From positions 211,755 through 275,754 of the forward strand of contig OZ246408.1 of the NCBI GenBank assembly GCA_965231015.1: 64,000 nucleotides of DNA, given 5' to 3'. Source of the stretch: an uncultured Gammaproteobacteria bacterium. Its GTDB lineage: Bacteria; Patescibacteriota; Patescibacteriia; UBA9934; CAZDDW01. A program made the position numbers and the translations under genes. Position 1 is the stretch's first letter. Every line of letters begins with the position of its first letter. The notes under the pieces were generated by a model that was not told the DNA's origin, did not search any database, and worked only from the letters and a program-made list of their open reading frames with translations. Below are positions 20,601 to 30,078 of the stretch, one piece after another.

Positions 20601-23600
20601 ACAAACAAGAAGCTACCCTTTATGACCAGTCCGAGTTCCCACTCTACTTTATCCCGTCATCTGCAGCCAGTTGTGATGAAACCAGTGTTGGTTGTGATGA
20701 ATTTACGAATTTAGATGAAGTGGCTGAGGGAGGTGAAGGTCTTGAGTATTACACATATTTACGTGCCTGTTCTGATCCGGCTGACACGGCTGAAGCCGCC
20801 ACCTTCTTTAGTTGGGAAGGTTCGGACCAGAACGGTTATCAGCTTGTAAGTTGGGATTTGATTGAATCTAATCTTTCTGACGCTTCATCCCATACTTTTG
20901 CCAGTGGTTTTGAAGAAGATAATATCGGTCAAGCTCCTTGTGTAAATCCGGTCATGCTCTCCGAAGGTGAATTGGTTTGTGATGATAACGGTTATGAAGA
21001 CGAAGAAACCGGTTTGACCGGGATTAACGGAATTGCCGCTAATGAAGCGTGTGACGAACACGACGACATTTTCTCTAATCCGGATTGTCGTGAGTTTTAT
21101 GACTCGGATGGTAATATCCACTACCGTGAATTCTCTTTAACCGCTACGGTTACCGAAGACTGTGCTCCTTATCGAAAAACAGAATCTACCCAAGATGACT
21201 GTACCGGCTCTGGTGGGTTCTGGACGCAAGGCGGCGAGTGTCGATATCTTGGATACTATGTAGAAAGCACTGAGTGTTCATCTTCGGCCAACGGTTGTCG
21301 AAGCTACACCGGTGGAGCCGGTCGTAACGCCACTACTATATTCTATGACGAGGTCGAGGATGGAGCTTTGAATGAATGGAACACGGCCACAGCTACAATT
21401 AGTAATGACTCTGTTGTGGCGGACGGACATTCCATCTTTATACCAACCGGAGGATCTCGACTCAGTACTCTTTACATTGATGAAGACATAGCTGGAACCA
21501 CCTGTCCAACAGATGAAGTGTGTACCATTACCGATCCGGTCACTGGAGCTAGCTGTGACATTGTCGGAACTGATGAAAATGATTACTGCGGTACTTTGGT
21601 TGGTGGAATGGTTCAAGGCAAGACCTACATCCTTTCCTTCTGGGCCAAGGGTAATGGATCGCTATATTCAACCCTAGTTGACCACGGAGGAATGGATGAC
21701 TCACACCGGTTCCAAACCGACGCGGTTGAGCTGTCCGGAAGCTGGCAGTTATACACCATGGGCCCTCTTGATACCTCGGACGCTAATGACTTCCAGGATT
21801 TTGACGATTCAGCCATCTTGCAAATTTATAATACTGATAACGAACTTTTCTACATTGATAACATCCAGCTCAAAGAAGTGGAAGACAATATCGCGCTCAT
21901 TAAAGATTCATGGGTCACTCCGTCAACTTGTGACCAATCGCCTACTGGAGCGGATTCAGCCCAGTACTATCTTGGTTGTGAGGCTTACACTGATGCCGAT
22001 GGCGAGGACTGGAGCCTTTACCGCTTTACGAACCTTTGTTCTGACTCGGCTATTGGTTGTTCGGCCTACTTTGATACCCAAAACAGTTCATCGCCATACG
22101 CTGAGGTGCACAACGCCACCTGTTCGGCGATAGATTTTAATAATGTTTCTTTGTTCACTCCGGACGGAGATGGAACTCCGGAAGCGGGCGAAGGTTATTG
22201 TACTCTTGATCCAACCGAAGAGTGTGCCACACACACAGATTGTATTGCTGCTACTTTTGACTTAAACGCTCGTTGTGTGGCTTATGAACCAACCGCTTGT
22301 GAGATTGATAGCGACAGTGTGTGTACAATTCAGGTGGGTGAAAGCACCTGTAAATTTGATTGGGACGGCAATCTACCAACCACCAAGCCGGATAACATTT
22401 GGCTTGCCCCGGAAACTAAGGTGGTATCAAACGATGAGATTGTCTACTTTATTGCCGACAATACTTACTCGTGTTCATCTTCGGATAAGGGGTGTACTGA
22501 ACTCGGACTTCCTGACTTTAATCAGGACAAGAGTGAAGTGGAAAGTTTTGAATCGGTTTACCTGTTAGACCAGCCCGACAGTTATGACACTCTGCTTTGT
22601 GAGCACCAGAGTCTTTTCTGTGAGGCTTGGTCAACGAACGAAGACGGTAATTTCTACTTTAAGCATCCGGATGAGCAAACCTGTGAGTGGAAGGAAGCCG
22701 TGACTATTAATAATGATGATTACACCGGTTGGTTTAAAACCGGAACCACTGAACCGTGTTACGAAGATTATTTGATTTCCGGGGACGAGTACAGTATTTG
22801 GCGTAACGGGGACATGGATTATGATGGTTGGGTGGGGACGTGTGGAGTGCAGCATGATCAGTGTACTGAGTTTGTTGATGTGACTGACCTCGAAGAAGGT
22901 GGTCGAGCCGACGGCACTCCGTACTACTATTTACGCAACGACGCTATTTCAGAAAGTGAGGTTCCGGATTCGCAAAAGTGTAACGGACAAGTGTCACAAC
23001 GCTACGGCTGTGCTCTGTTCAACGATACTTCTGATTCAAACCTGTATTACAACGCCAGTGCTTCATACGTGGTCTCGGCTCATGCCGACACCTTGTTTGG
23101 TGATGCCCCACATTCTCTGCAATCACCGATTAATTGTGACAACGAGCAGGGCGGTGAAATTACCACGGTCAACAATAGCACGATTGATGTTTGTACTCAG
23201 CGTTGTGAGTATGATGTTTACGTTGGGGTCGGAGTGCCGGCCGGAACCGTGAGTTATGAGGATTCCTGTGTGATTGATTCTGACTGCCCAACTATTACTG
23301 ACGACTATCAAAATGAAATTACCGGCAGTTGTGTTGATGCCGGGGACGCTAACCGTTTAAGTAACGACGTAAATGTGATTCAAAAAGTGTACCGCGACCG
23401 CGAATGTGCGGAATGGATTACTTGTATTAATGAGTCTTATAGCTGGGACGAACGGCTCGGTTCTTACCGTGGCGTGTGTTCCGGGGTTTCGGCTTGTAAC
23501 GAGTACTCGGCTATCGGCGACACCGCCTTCTGTGTCGGTTTCCCGGAAAACGATCCTGATCCATTAACCCTTGAAGAGTATTCGGCCCGTGACGTGACCT

Positions 23601-26600
23601 GGTTCGGCCGTGACTATTCCGGTTACTCAATTCCGAAATTAATTCCCGCCGAGTTCTTGACTGAGATCAATGTTAATCCGGTCATGGGTTGTGTATTGGC
23701 TAATCGTGGCTGGATAGCTAATAATACTTTTGGCTGGCCATTTAGTTGTGATGATGATGCTGACTGTGATCAGTTTGATGACGTGGGATTTGATTATTCG
23801 TGCCAGGCTTTGGATACCGACATCCGCATGGGATATCAGGCCGGTGGTTGTAATGTTGAAAATGGTGATGGTTGTACCATTGGAGTTTGTGAGGATTCCG
23901 GTGACAGTTGTGAATCAGATGCTGATTGTGGTGGGGCGGATTGTTTAGTCGGTTTCTGTGAGGTGGCTAATTTGAATACTTCATGTACTAGCGACAGCTA
24001 TTGTTCAACAAATTTCAGTCCTTACAGTACTTGTGTAAATGGAATTTGTACCGAGGTGACCACTACTTCATGTGTTGAAGACGATGATTGTGGAACTGAC
24101 CTGGATGACGATGGTGATGGCGACATTGATATTGATTACGAGTGTGACATTGTGGCCGGAGCTTTTGTTGGAAATTGTATCAATGGCGGTTGTTCCGTTG
24201 ATCAATACGGCACCACCTTTAGTTTAGATACTTCAGAGGTTCTCGAGTGCCGTGGTTATCCGGAACAAACTTCACCGTACCCGCAAGAATTGGTTGATGA
24301 GTGGCGAGTGGTGACGTGTACTGACGAAAATGATCCGTCAACGTGTTCGACTTCTTACGAACTGCAAGTTGATGATGCTGAAAATGATAGTATCCCAAGT
24401 CAAACCAGAACCGGTTATGACAACGTTAATGTTTGTTCGCCCGGTTATGAAGATTGTCTGTGTAGTTATGATAAAGCCACTTACGGCAACGGTTCGGAAA
24501 CCAGGTACTATGAATACGGTTCAAGCCGTGAAAGCGACGCTCTCTCCGGAGTCTGCTTTAGTGGTGCTTTAGAAGGTCGATCTTGTGACAGTAATGATGA
24601 TTGCGGTTCCAGTGGATCATGCATGATTCTGGACGGTTGGGATTCCTATCTTGGTTGGGAAGGGTTCTGTTTGGAGCGTGATACAGCTATGAATCTCTGG
24701 GGAGATGCCAATGGTCCGGGAGTATGTTTGACCTGGCTGCCGGTGGATCAGTTTGCCGGTTCTACTGACATTTATGCCAAGAACGAAGAAGCCGGGTTCC
24801 CACTTGAAGATTACTACTATTGTACTGAAGCCGCTTACTTTGTGGATCTTTATCCAACCGGCTCAATTTTTGATAACGATCCAAATAGTGATACTTATGG
24901 ACAGGTGGTGGATATACAACCGGGTTGTACGGAGTCATTGCGGGAGGGGCATGTTGCGTATGATACAGTTGACTGGACTGAAAATGAAGCTCAAACAGCC
25001 GGGTGTGGTTATAAAGAAGATGCCGATGGTGAGTTTGGAGAGAATGAATACGATGCCTGTTGGTACAACGTAGCCTGTCCGGATGGTTATTACGGAATTG
25101 TTGGTTATTGTGATCCAAGTGCTCGACCAAATGATTATGCTGACCAATGCTTAGAGGGCGCACCAAACGGAAATTTCTACGGTGCTGCTGATGACGATTG
25201 TCCGTTTATGTGCATTCCGGAAAATGCTTATGATTTAGTAACAGGAGAGTCTTGTGATGATTTAGCAAGTAGTTTAACTCATGATTTTGAATCAAGATTT
25301 GGTACCACAGTGTACTTGGGTGGTCATTTTGATTATCGCGTGGAAGCATTTAAGAATTGTGTTGTACGTGGTGTTCCAATGACTGGTGAAAATGATCCGA
25401 ATAATGATGGTTATGAAACCCAGTGGGCTGAATGGATGACAAATTCCGGATTCAATGGTAACCATTTTCACGAGGCTGGGGATGCTTGTAATGATCAAAC
25501 TGGCAATCCGGATCACTACAGTTGGAATAATGCAAAACCTCTTGGACAATGGGGGATTGTATGTGACCCCCCTAATGGTGATGAGGGGTTCTGGAATTTG
25601 GATTTTTCCGGGGCCAATCCATCCGGTAGCACGACAGATAACCAAGGGGCAGTGGTGGAATACATAGGTTGTGCCGCTTTGGTTCAGGCTTCCAGTTCTG
25701 AGCCGGAACTTGGAAACAAGGCCTTTACTAATCGTTTGTTGCATGACGGTGATATATATACTTGGCAAGCCATTGGTAATGATCCGGGAGATATTTTGGA
25801 ATGGGCCGATGGATTGGATCCTGCTCTTGGCTATGACCAAAATGAGGCTCCGGGTCCGGTTGGTCGGGTGGCCTTTAAAGAATATTACAAAGATAGAGAT
25901 GAAGAAGGAGACCCTAGCGACGACGATGTTCAATATGTGTTCTCAACAGGAGACGGTCCGTTTGATTTTGTAGATGCACCAAACGGAATAGATGCACCGG
26001 ACTCCGCTCCAATACCACTTCTGACTTGTGATCAGGGTTCAACCATACCGGGTGGCTTTGGTCTTTCCGTGACTGACCCGGATGATCCGAATAGTTTGTG
26101 TACACAGGGTTACTACCAGTATCCAACTTTGGCTCAATTCCCGGATATTGGAATTATTGATCTGTTTTCATATGCCTTGGGTCTTTCGTATGAAGATTTG
26201 GACGTCGATACTGATTTAGGAACTCATGCTGATGAGGAAGATGCCGTTTTAAAAAACAAGAACGATATTTTGTCATTTGGTTCGAGTGATGGAGTTGAAA
26301 GTGTGCTTTTTTCACTGGGGCAGTTCTTTGCCAAAACTTTTGAAGGATTCGCTTGGGATTGGGAGGGAACCGGAACGGGATTTAACGGCGGTGCTTATAT
26401 CCCGGATACTGAATATTCACAGCTTTATGATCAGACCATGGACATTGCCGATCAGCAGCCGGTTGATGAGTTTGAGGTTGGTTCAGCCAATGACGGCGAG
26501 CCAAGCGCTCCGTACGTCATGGGGGTTGGTGCGTGTTTCGGATCACTTTGCAAGGAAGATTCCGATGATGATGAAAACCTCTTTACCTTAAATGATAAAA

Positions 26601-27265
26601 CCGGAGGAACAATTTTTGGCGAGCAGTTTAAACATGTGATCATGAAGTTCTTCTTTTCCACCGACCCTAACCAGTTCCCAATCCGCACAGTGAAGATTGA
26701 TTGGGGTGATGGGCAAACGTACGGAAGTGAGTCAAACGACAATTATTACAAAGCGCATCGCGGATTGAAAGATACCTCGGGAAATGAAACCACCACGTAT
26801 TGTGATACGGGTGATGAGTGGGGTATGACTTTGGAATCGTGTGACCCGAGTTATTTCACCTTCAGTCATGATTACATTTGTGCTTCCACCACGTACCAGT
26901 CCGTTTTGCCGTCGTGTGACATTGAACCAAGTCCGGTGGACGGCCGGCCAATGGTGCTGAATTCGCCGTGTCAGGGCGGGGACGCCACGACTTATGGGGT
27001 GAGTGGTACCGCCTGCGTCTTCCAGCCGCGATTGTACATCAAGGATAACTGGGGGTACTGCACCGGGTATTGTGAAGGCGATCCGGCCGGGGATTTGTGT
27101 TATGATGATGACGATGGAGGTACTGGGATTAATGAATGTCAGTTAACATGTCCTGATGAGAGTTTTCAGGAATGTGAAAAAATGGGAGAGATCGGGGCTG
27201 TTTATCCAGATAGTGCAAACCCATGGGTTTATTACAACGGCTTGGTTGAGGTTGAGCCGGAGTAG
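17693..27265 (+). CDS. giant (3190 aa) Cys/Asp-rich cell-surface protein with carbohydrate-binding-like and Ca-binding modules
   Basis: signal/TM N-terminus; two CBM4/9-like domains (NSSFE..YTLSFFVK..YLDAVQLEEG; YILSFWAKG..FYIDNIQLKE); many Cys clusters (CxxDxDC), DxDxDG motifs, IDWGDG PKD-like motif near the C-terminus. Confidence 0.88.
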   Translation: MNLASQNKKRFLGAFMLVLFVGTFIISSFLLAHAVNAQSQDPLATAEAGSRAGESAGMPVGNAGQAAADVLEVTSEKLVHPPLKVVLKTVLINLLSFVLNRLAYDLAVFMASGGQGQTPNFQYKSADEYFADLGMDIVGAHMDALNGVLEEIDVNFNVCAPEDPIFRMGIQLGIRSAYSRPEPNCDIRDAINNWDSFVGSIQERFQSMGENPSDYVLNEFKKIYRPGSNELSASFTIISSIQDEATTHKNVNFLENLFNQGYSPVTDAITGQVETPADIIQRKTQQELVEAQGDQTQMNWDAVMSDSDLLVGMGMSAASVFLNTLLSELLNNIYTGVFDVELVEEDVFSGQYASVGGREAAEEKYRDLLSVELVSLDSFSPITELLACPGSTSRGIFNCAMDAAFATAVTAAETGEPMTVQEALDDGILHGSWPLIPPDDYAKNQDPYCYTYGYCYANLVKLRKFRIIPIGWEMAAASPYNSKSNPVTLQEVVDSFDDCSNEGKANANHPWCHIIDPNWVLKAPETYCPAAAPGELLVSSSLDTRQSYCMDTPSCIATDDQGNCIGGQGYCTREKNVWNFRGDECPEQYASCLNFQNVDTNETASWLLNTVDFNDCTEDNAGCMWYRTNKYFDDFGTGDTSDDTYEWLATGDDFIVDDRDDDMESNITGPGSYGYDSDGDGTDDYSYEQYAYEDRLYMTGDVVSCDEADAGCTELVAKDNDTFLNLVANSSFEYDENGDGEPDFWYGVDTSDYRVDDGSSLYGLDSIEMSSATVDVYQEIKITPNAFYTLSFFVKDPTAGSMSGSMLVEVYDESGVEVSLTGTTILGDCVQDDPYSVITEFTDVGEDWSRYECIFTAPEDADNVQLVSDWASGNYYLDAVQLEEGSIMSDYHEEYGSSTLDYDYYKLPPDYLGCTGSDADPAECDDYVRMCSAQDVGCNLYYPEDGDPEVPAIITELDQCPNECVGYATYKQEATLYDQSEFPLYFIPSSAASCDETSVGCDEFTNLDEVAEGGEGLEYYTYLRACSDPADTAEAATFFSWEGSDQNGYQLVSWDLIESNLSDASSHTFASGFEEDNIGQAPCVNPVMLSEGELVCDDNGYEDEETGLTGINGIAANEACDEHDDIFSNPDCREFYDSDGNIHYREFSLTATVTEDCAPYRKTESTQDDCTGSGGFWTQGGECRYLGYYVESTECSSSANGCRSYTGGAGRNATTIFYDEVEDGALNEWNTATATISNDSVVADGHSIFIPTGGSRLSTLYIDEDIAGTTCPTDEVCTITDPVTGASCDIVGTDENDYCGTLVGGMVQGKTYILSFWAKGNGSLYSTLVDHGGMDDSHRFQTDAVELSGSWQLYTMGPLDTSDANDFQDFDDSAILQIYNTDNELFYIDNIQLKEVEDNIALIKDSWVTPSTCDQSPTGADSAQYYLGCEAYTDADGEDWSLYRFTNLCSDSAIGCSAYFDTQNSSSPYAEVHNATCSAIDFNNVSLFTPDGDGTPEAGEGYCTLDPTEECATHTDCIAATFDLNARCVAYEPTACEIDSDSVCTIQVGESTCKFDWDGNLPTTKPDNIWLAPETKVVSNDEIVYFIADNTYSCSSSDKGCTELGLPDFNQDKSEVESFESVYLLDQPDSYDTLLCEHQSLFCEAWSTNEDGNFYFKHPDEQTCEWKEAVTINNDDYTGWFKTGTTEPCYEDYLISGDEYSIWRNGDMDYDGWVGTCGVQHDQCTEFVDVTDLEEGGRADGTPYYYLRNDAISESEVPDSQKCNGQVSQRYGCALFNDTSDSNLYYNASASYVVSAHADTLFGDAPHSLQSPINCDNEQGGEITTVNNSTIDVCTQRCEYDVYVGVGVPAGTVSYEDSCVIDSDCPTITDDYQNEITGSCVDAGDANRLSNDVNVIQKVYRDRECAEWITCINESYSWDERLGSYRGVCSGVSACNEYSAIGDTAFCVGFPENDPDPLTLEEYSARDVTWFGRDYSGYSIPKLIPAEFLTEINVNPVMGCVLANRGWIANNTFGWPFSCDDDADCDQFDDVGFDYSCQALDTDIRMGYQAGGCNVENGDGCTIGVCEDSGDSCESDADCGGADCLVGFCEVANLNTSCTSDSYCSTNFSPYSTCVNGICTEVTTTSCVEDDDCGTDLDDDGDGDIDIDYECDIVAGAFVGNCINGGCSVDQYGTTFSLDTSEVLECRGYPEQTSPYPQELVDEWRVVTCTDENDPSTCSTSYELQVDDAENDSIPSQTRTGYDNVNVCSPGYEDCLCSYDKATYGNGSETRYYEYGSSRESDALSGVCFSGALEGRSCDSNDDCGSSGSCMILDGWDSYLGWEGFCLERDTAMNLWGDANGPGVCLTWLPVDQFAGSTDIYAKNEEAGFPLEDYYYCTEAAYFVDLYPTGSIFDNDPNSDTYGQVVDIQPGCTESLREGHVAYDTVDWTENEAQTAGCGYKEDADGEFGENEYDACWYNVACPDGYYGIVGYCDPSARPNDYADQCLEGAPNGNFYGAADDDCPFMCIPENAYDLVTGESCDDLASSLTHDFESRFGTTVYLGGHFDYRVEAFKNCVVRGVPMTGENDPNNDGYETQWAEWMTNSGFNGNHFHEAGDACNDQTGNPDHYSWNNAKPLGQWGIVCDPPNGDEGFWNLDFSGANPSGSTTDNQGAVVEYIGCAALVQASSSEPELGNKAFTNRLLHDGDIYTWQAIGNDPGDILEWADGLDPALGYDQNEAPGPVGRVAFKEYYKDRDEEGDPSDDDVQYVFSTGDGPFDFVDAPNGIDAPDSAPIPLLTCDQGSTIPGGFGLSVTDPDDPNSLCTQGYYQYPTLAQFPDIGIIDLFSYALGLSYEDLDVDTDLGTHADEEDAVLKNKNDILSFGSSDGVESVLFSLGQFFAKTFEGFAWDWEGTGTGFNGGAYIPDTEYSQLYDQTMDIADQQPVDEFEVGSANDGEPSAPYVMGVGACFGSLCKEDSDDDENLFTLNDKTGGTIFGEQFKHVIMKFFFSTDPNQFPIRTVKIDWGDGQTYGSESNDNYYKAHRGLKDTSGNETTTYCDTGDEWGMTLESCDPSYFTFSHDYICASTTYQSVLPSCDIEPSPVDGRPMVLNSPCQGGDATTYGVSGTACVFQPRLYIKDNWGYCTGYCEGDPAGDLCYDDDDGGTGINECQLTCPDESFQECEKMGEIGAVYPDSANPWVYYNGLVEVEPE

Positions 27266-27285
27266 GAAAAACGAAACCAGCGAAA

Positions 27286-27723
27286 TTATAACGAAACCGA
27301 CGAACTCGCGGGATCAACCTTTGATCTCGCGATTGTTTTTGTGTTATTCGTCATTAAATAACGCTTGAGAATACAGGTGTTGGCAGCGAAATTAACCAGG
27401 TATCCAAGCTCATATTTGGTGACACGAAGATAATCAAAAAGTTGTTGGTATAATTTTTTGGGCACAAATAATACCGCTTTTAATTCAACGATTATTTTGT
27501 GGTCAATAATGAAATCCGGTTGATAATACCCGATCATTTTTTGAGTGGTCGGATAATAAGTTTTGATTTTAGGTTGTTGTTCAAACGGGATACCTCGCAG
27601 TCTCATTTCTTCAACCAGAGCTCGTTCATAGATTTTTTCCTTATGACCTCCTCCGAGTTGTTTACGAACCTCAAAGCAGGCCCCTTGAAATCTGTAAGAT
27701 AGATCTGGAAAAAGTAGTGGCAC
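27286..27723 (-). CDS. GxxExxY family protein (PD-(D/E)XK nuclease-like)
   Basis: LGGGHKEKIYERAL, PDFII..IIVELKA, QLFDYL..LGYLVNF; GTG start. Confidence 0.9.
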   Translation of the reverse strand: MPLLFPDLSYRFQGACFEVRKQLGGGHKEKIYERALVEEMRLRGIPFEQQPKIKTYYPTTQKMIGYYQPDFIIDHKIIVELKAVLFVPKKLYQQLFDYLRVTKYELGYLVNFAANTCILKRYLMTNNTKTIARSKVDPASSSVSL

Positions 27724-27739
27724 TCGAGTTCGTCGGTTT
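27294..27739. repeat. perfect 15-bp inverted repeat bracketing the GxxExxY gene
   Basis: AAACCGACGAACTCG (27294-27308) / CGAGTTCGTCGGTTT (27725-27739). Confidence 0.8.
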
Positions 27740-27870
27740 AGTTTTACAAAAAGAAAGAGACCCCCCGTAGATTGACCGTGAACCGGTCAGGTGGGGAGTC
27801 TCGGAAGGAAGCCGCGTGTGAATCGAGAACCGATTCGCAGCTGTGAGAGGTGGGTTGTGTGCTTGGCGAG

Positions 27871-28506
27871 CTAGTTGACGAGGCAGAGGTAGGTTGACTC
27901 CGAGGGGCTGGTGATGTAGATCACGGTCAGATCCGAGGAGATCCAGCCGTGAATACCCAGAAGCTCGTTGTCATCCTTCTCGTTCGCCAGGTACTGCTCG
28001 TACTCGTCGTCGTTGATGATCACGTCGCCGATGATGTACAGCTTGCCGATCAGGTCGTTGAGCTCGATGTGCTGGCCATCGTCTTCCGTGTAGATGTCGT
28101 ACTCGTACCCGGTGGACTGGGTGCACTCCTCGTCCTCGTAGGACTCGTAGTGGCCTTCGGGCGCGAGGCCGCAGAACAGGTCCACGGATCTGTCGTCGTT
28201 GACCGACTTCTGCGCGTCCAAGCAGAGCACGTTGTCGTGCTCGGCGCCGAAGACGTAGGTACCCTCCTCGAGCTCGGTCGTGGTGGGCGTGTTGCCGATC
28301 ACGTCTTCGTCGGCGAAGGCAGTGAGCGTGAACAGGTCGTCCACGTTCGTGTAAACCGATACTTCGTAGAACGACGTATCGGTCGTGTCGTCGTCATCCG
28401 CGACGTCATCGTCGCCGGGATCGGGATCGACGTTCTCGTCGCAACCGGTGAACAGGAATGCCCCCATGATGAGGGCGGCGAACAGGGTGTACCACTTGGT
28501 GGTCAT
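27871..28506 (-). CDS. acidic lipoprotein with PEGA-like domain
   Basis: lipobox FTGC, GDDDVADDDD linker, IGNTPTTTELEEGTY PEGA-like motif; SD AAGGAG; strongly C/G-ending codons; promoter TTGACT-17-TATAGT (28687-28659). Confidence 0.78.
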   Translation of the reverse strand: MTTKWYTLFAALIMGAFLFTGCDENVDPDPGDDDVADDDDTTDTSFYEVSVYTNVDDLFTLTAFADEDVIGNTPTTTELEEGTYVFGAEHDNVLCLDAQKSVNDDRSVDLFCGLAPEGHYESYEDEECTQSTGYEYDIYTEDDGQHIELNDLIGKLYIIGDVIINDDEYEQYLANEKDDNELLGIHGWISSDLTVIYITSPSESTYLCLVN

Positions 28507-28576
28507 AGCCTTTTCTCCTTTTGAGCCCTTTCTCGGGGCATCGAGTCGCTTTGCACCATGCAGAGCGACATTTTCC

Positions 28577-28604
28577 TGTAGGGGTTAATTGAATTAACCC
28601 TCTA
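28577..28604 (+). repeat. GTAG-type REP
   Basis: TGTAGGGGTTAATTGAATTAACCCTCTA. Confidence 0.6.
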
Positions 28605-28863
28605 ATCAAGAAGATATCGCTCTACTCACACACATTTAAAGAACATTTGTACACTTTGACTATAGCATATTTTAGTAAAAAAGTCAATGTACTCCTGTCA
28701 AGTTTAAATGGGGATAAAGGGAAAATTTGGCTAAAATTATACGATTTTTGTCGTAATTGTCCGGAAAAGTACAGGATTTACCTAATCTTAGGATCAAAAT
28801 ATACAGCGATTGACAAAAAGCCAGAAATCTGTCTAATATCCAAATAATATCATTCATTTCGAC

Positions 28864-28893
28864 CCTTATTTTGTCCACGTGGACAAAATAAGG
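28864..28893. promoter_or_regulatory. perfect 30-bp palindrome (putative operator)
   Basis: CCTTATTTTGTCCAC|GTGGACAAAATAAGG directly before ATG 28902. Confidence 0.75.
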
Positions 28894-28901
28894 AACAATT
28901 T

Positions 28902-29444
28902 ATGAAGGAGGATATAAAAAGAAAAACCAGAGATTTCACTGACAATGTGTTCTCGTTTTTAGTTGAAGGAGTGGATATTCTGTCCACCTCTAGACAATAC
29001 CGATCACTAGAATCTCGAAACCGAGCTCTAGATAATGCAAAACATAAAAAAATGTTTGATCGAATAAAACTACGTCGGGCTTTAAGAGGATTGAAAGAGA
29101 AAGGATGGATAGAGGTGAGAAGAAAGGGAAAAGAAATTGAATATTTATTAACCGAGAATGGTCGAATACAGGGGTTAAAGGTGCAGATGAAAACAATAGA
29201 TAAAAAACTAGACGATCCCCTTGGTTGTTTTGTTAGTTATGATTTTCCAGTTGGTGCCAATAAGGCACGAGATCAGTTTAGACGATTGCTCAAACAAACC
29301 GGTTTTATTAGATGTCAGGATAGTCTTTGGTTTTCTGACCGAAATATTGTTGGGCACGTAAAGGAGATTGTGCAATATCTTAAAATAGCAAAATGGGTCA
29401 AAATAATTCTTGGTTCAGAATGTGGTTTTAGTGGGGTGAAATAA
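28902..29444 (+). CDS. PaaX-like winged-helix protein with Cas2/VapD-like C-terminal domain
   Basis: LRGLKEKGWIE..YLLTENG wHTH; VSYDFP..RDQFRRLLKQTGF..QDSLW ferredoxin-like Cas2/PaaX-C motif; AT-rich. Confidence 0.8.
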   Translation: MKEDIKRKTRDFTDNVFSFLVEGVDILSTSRQYRSLESRNRALDNAKHKKMFDRIKLRRALRGLKEKGWIEVRRKGKEIEYLLTENGRIQGLKVQMKTIDKKLDDPLGCFVSYDFPVGANKARDQFRRLLKQTGFIRCQDSLWFSDRNIVGHVKEIVQYLKIAKWVKIILGSECGFSGVK

Positions 29445-29683
29445 AATATCAAACCATGCTAGATGATAAAAGGTGTGTTATTCTTTGTACGTGCGTAAAA
29501 TAGCGCACATTTTTGATCGTATTAATGGCCCCTTTTGGTCGTTTGTCCCCATTTACCCATTGACAAACCGTTCAAAAAATGTTTAACTCTTATTAAGACT
29601 CCCCAAACAGTTTGAGATAACCGGATCAGCCGGTGGTCTCACAGCTGCTTGCGGAGTTCTTTTTATTGGTAAGGAGAGAAGTC

Positions 29684-30007
29684 ATGTTATCCAAGATCAA
29701 GGAGATTTCGTCGGTTTTGTTCAATGTCTGCCAAGTGCTAGCCCTGATGGTGTTGGTACTCTTTGCAACCGACATGTTCATGCAGTACTCGATCTTTCCA
29801 CGTGTTAACACATGGAAAGAAGCCAGGGTTCAGGAACAGGTACTTGAGCTTCGTGCGGCAGGAGAACATGACCGAGCCTTCTGCTTAGAGTATCCATCGA
29901 AATGTACAAAAGATGGTCGGTATGTGCCTCCCTTTCCATTGTCAAGAGGCTATTTTTCCTCAGTCGACACCACAGAAGAGGCTTGGGGACTAGATCTCAA
30001 GCAATGA
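29684..30007 (+). CDS. hypothetical single-TM protein
   Basis: SD AAGGAG; TM segment; terminator AATACCCAGG..CCTGGGTATT at about 30014-30046. Confidence 0.6.
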   Translation: MLSKIKEISSVLFNVCQVLALMVLVLFATDMFMQYSIFPRVNTWKEARVQEQVLELRAAGEHDRAFCLEYPSKCTKDGRYVPPFPLSRGYFSSVDTTEEAWGLDLKQ

Positions 30008-30078
30008 CCTTTTAATACCCAGGTGGGTTCTCCGCCTGGGTATTTTCAATGGGAAGAAGCGCCGTGAGAGCCACGACG

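Noticed and set aside
17693-27265. Diversity-generating retroelement target in the giant gene
   Set aside because: No reverse transcriptase and no adenine-variant template/variable repeat pair noticed.
28902-29444. CRISPR-Cas locus suggested by the Cas2-like domain
   Set aside because: No repeat-spacer array, cas1 or effector genes seen in the window; the N-terminal wHTH makes it PaaX-like.
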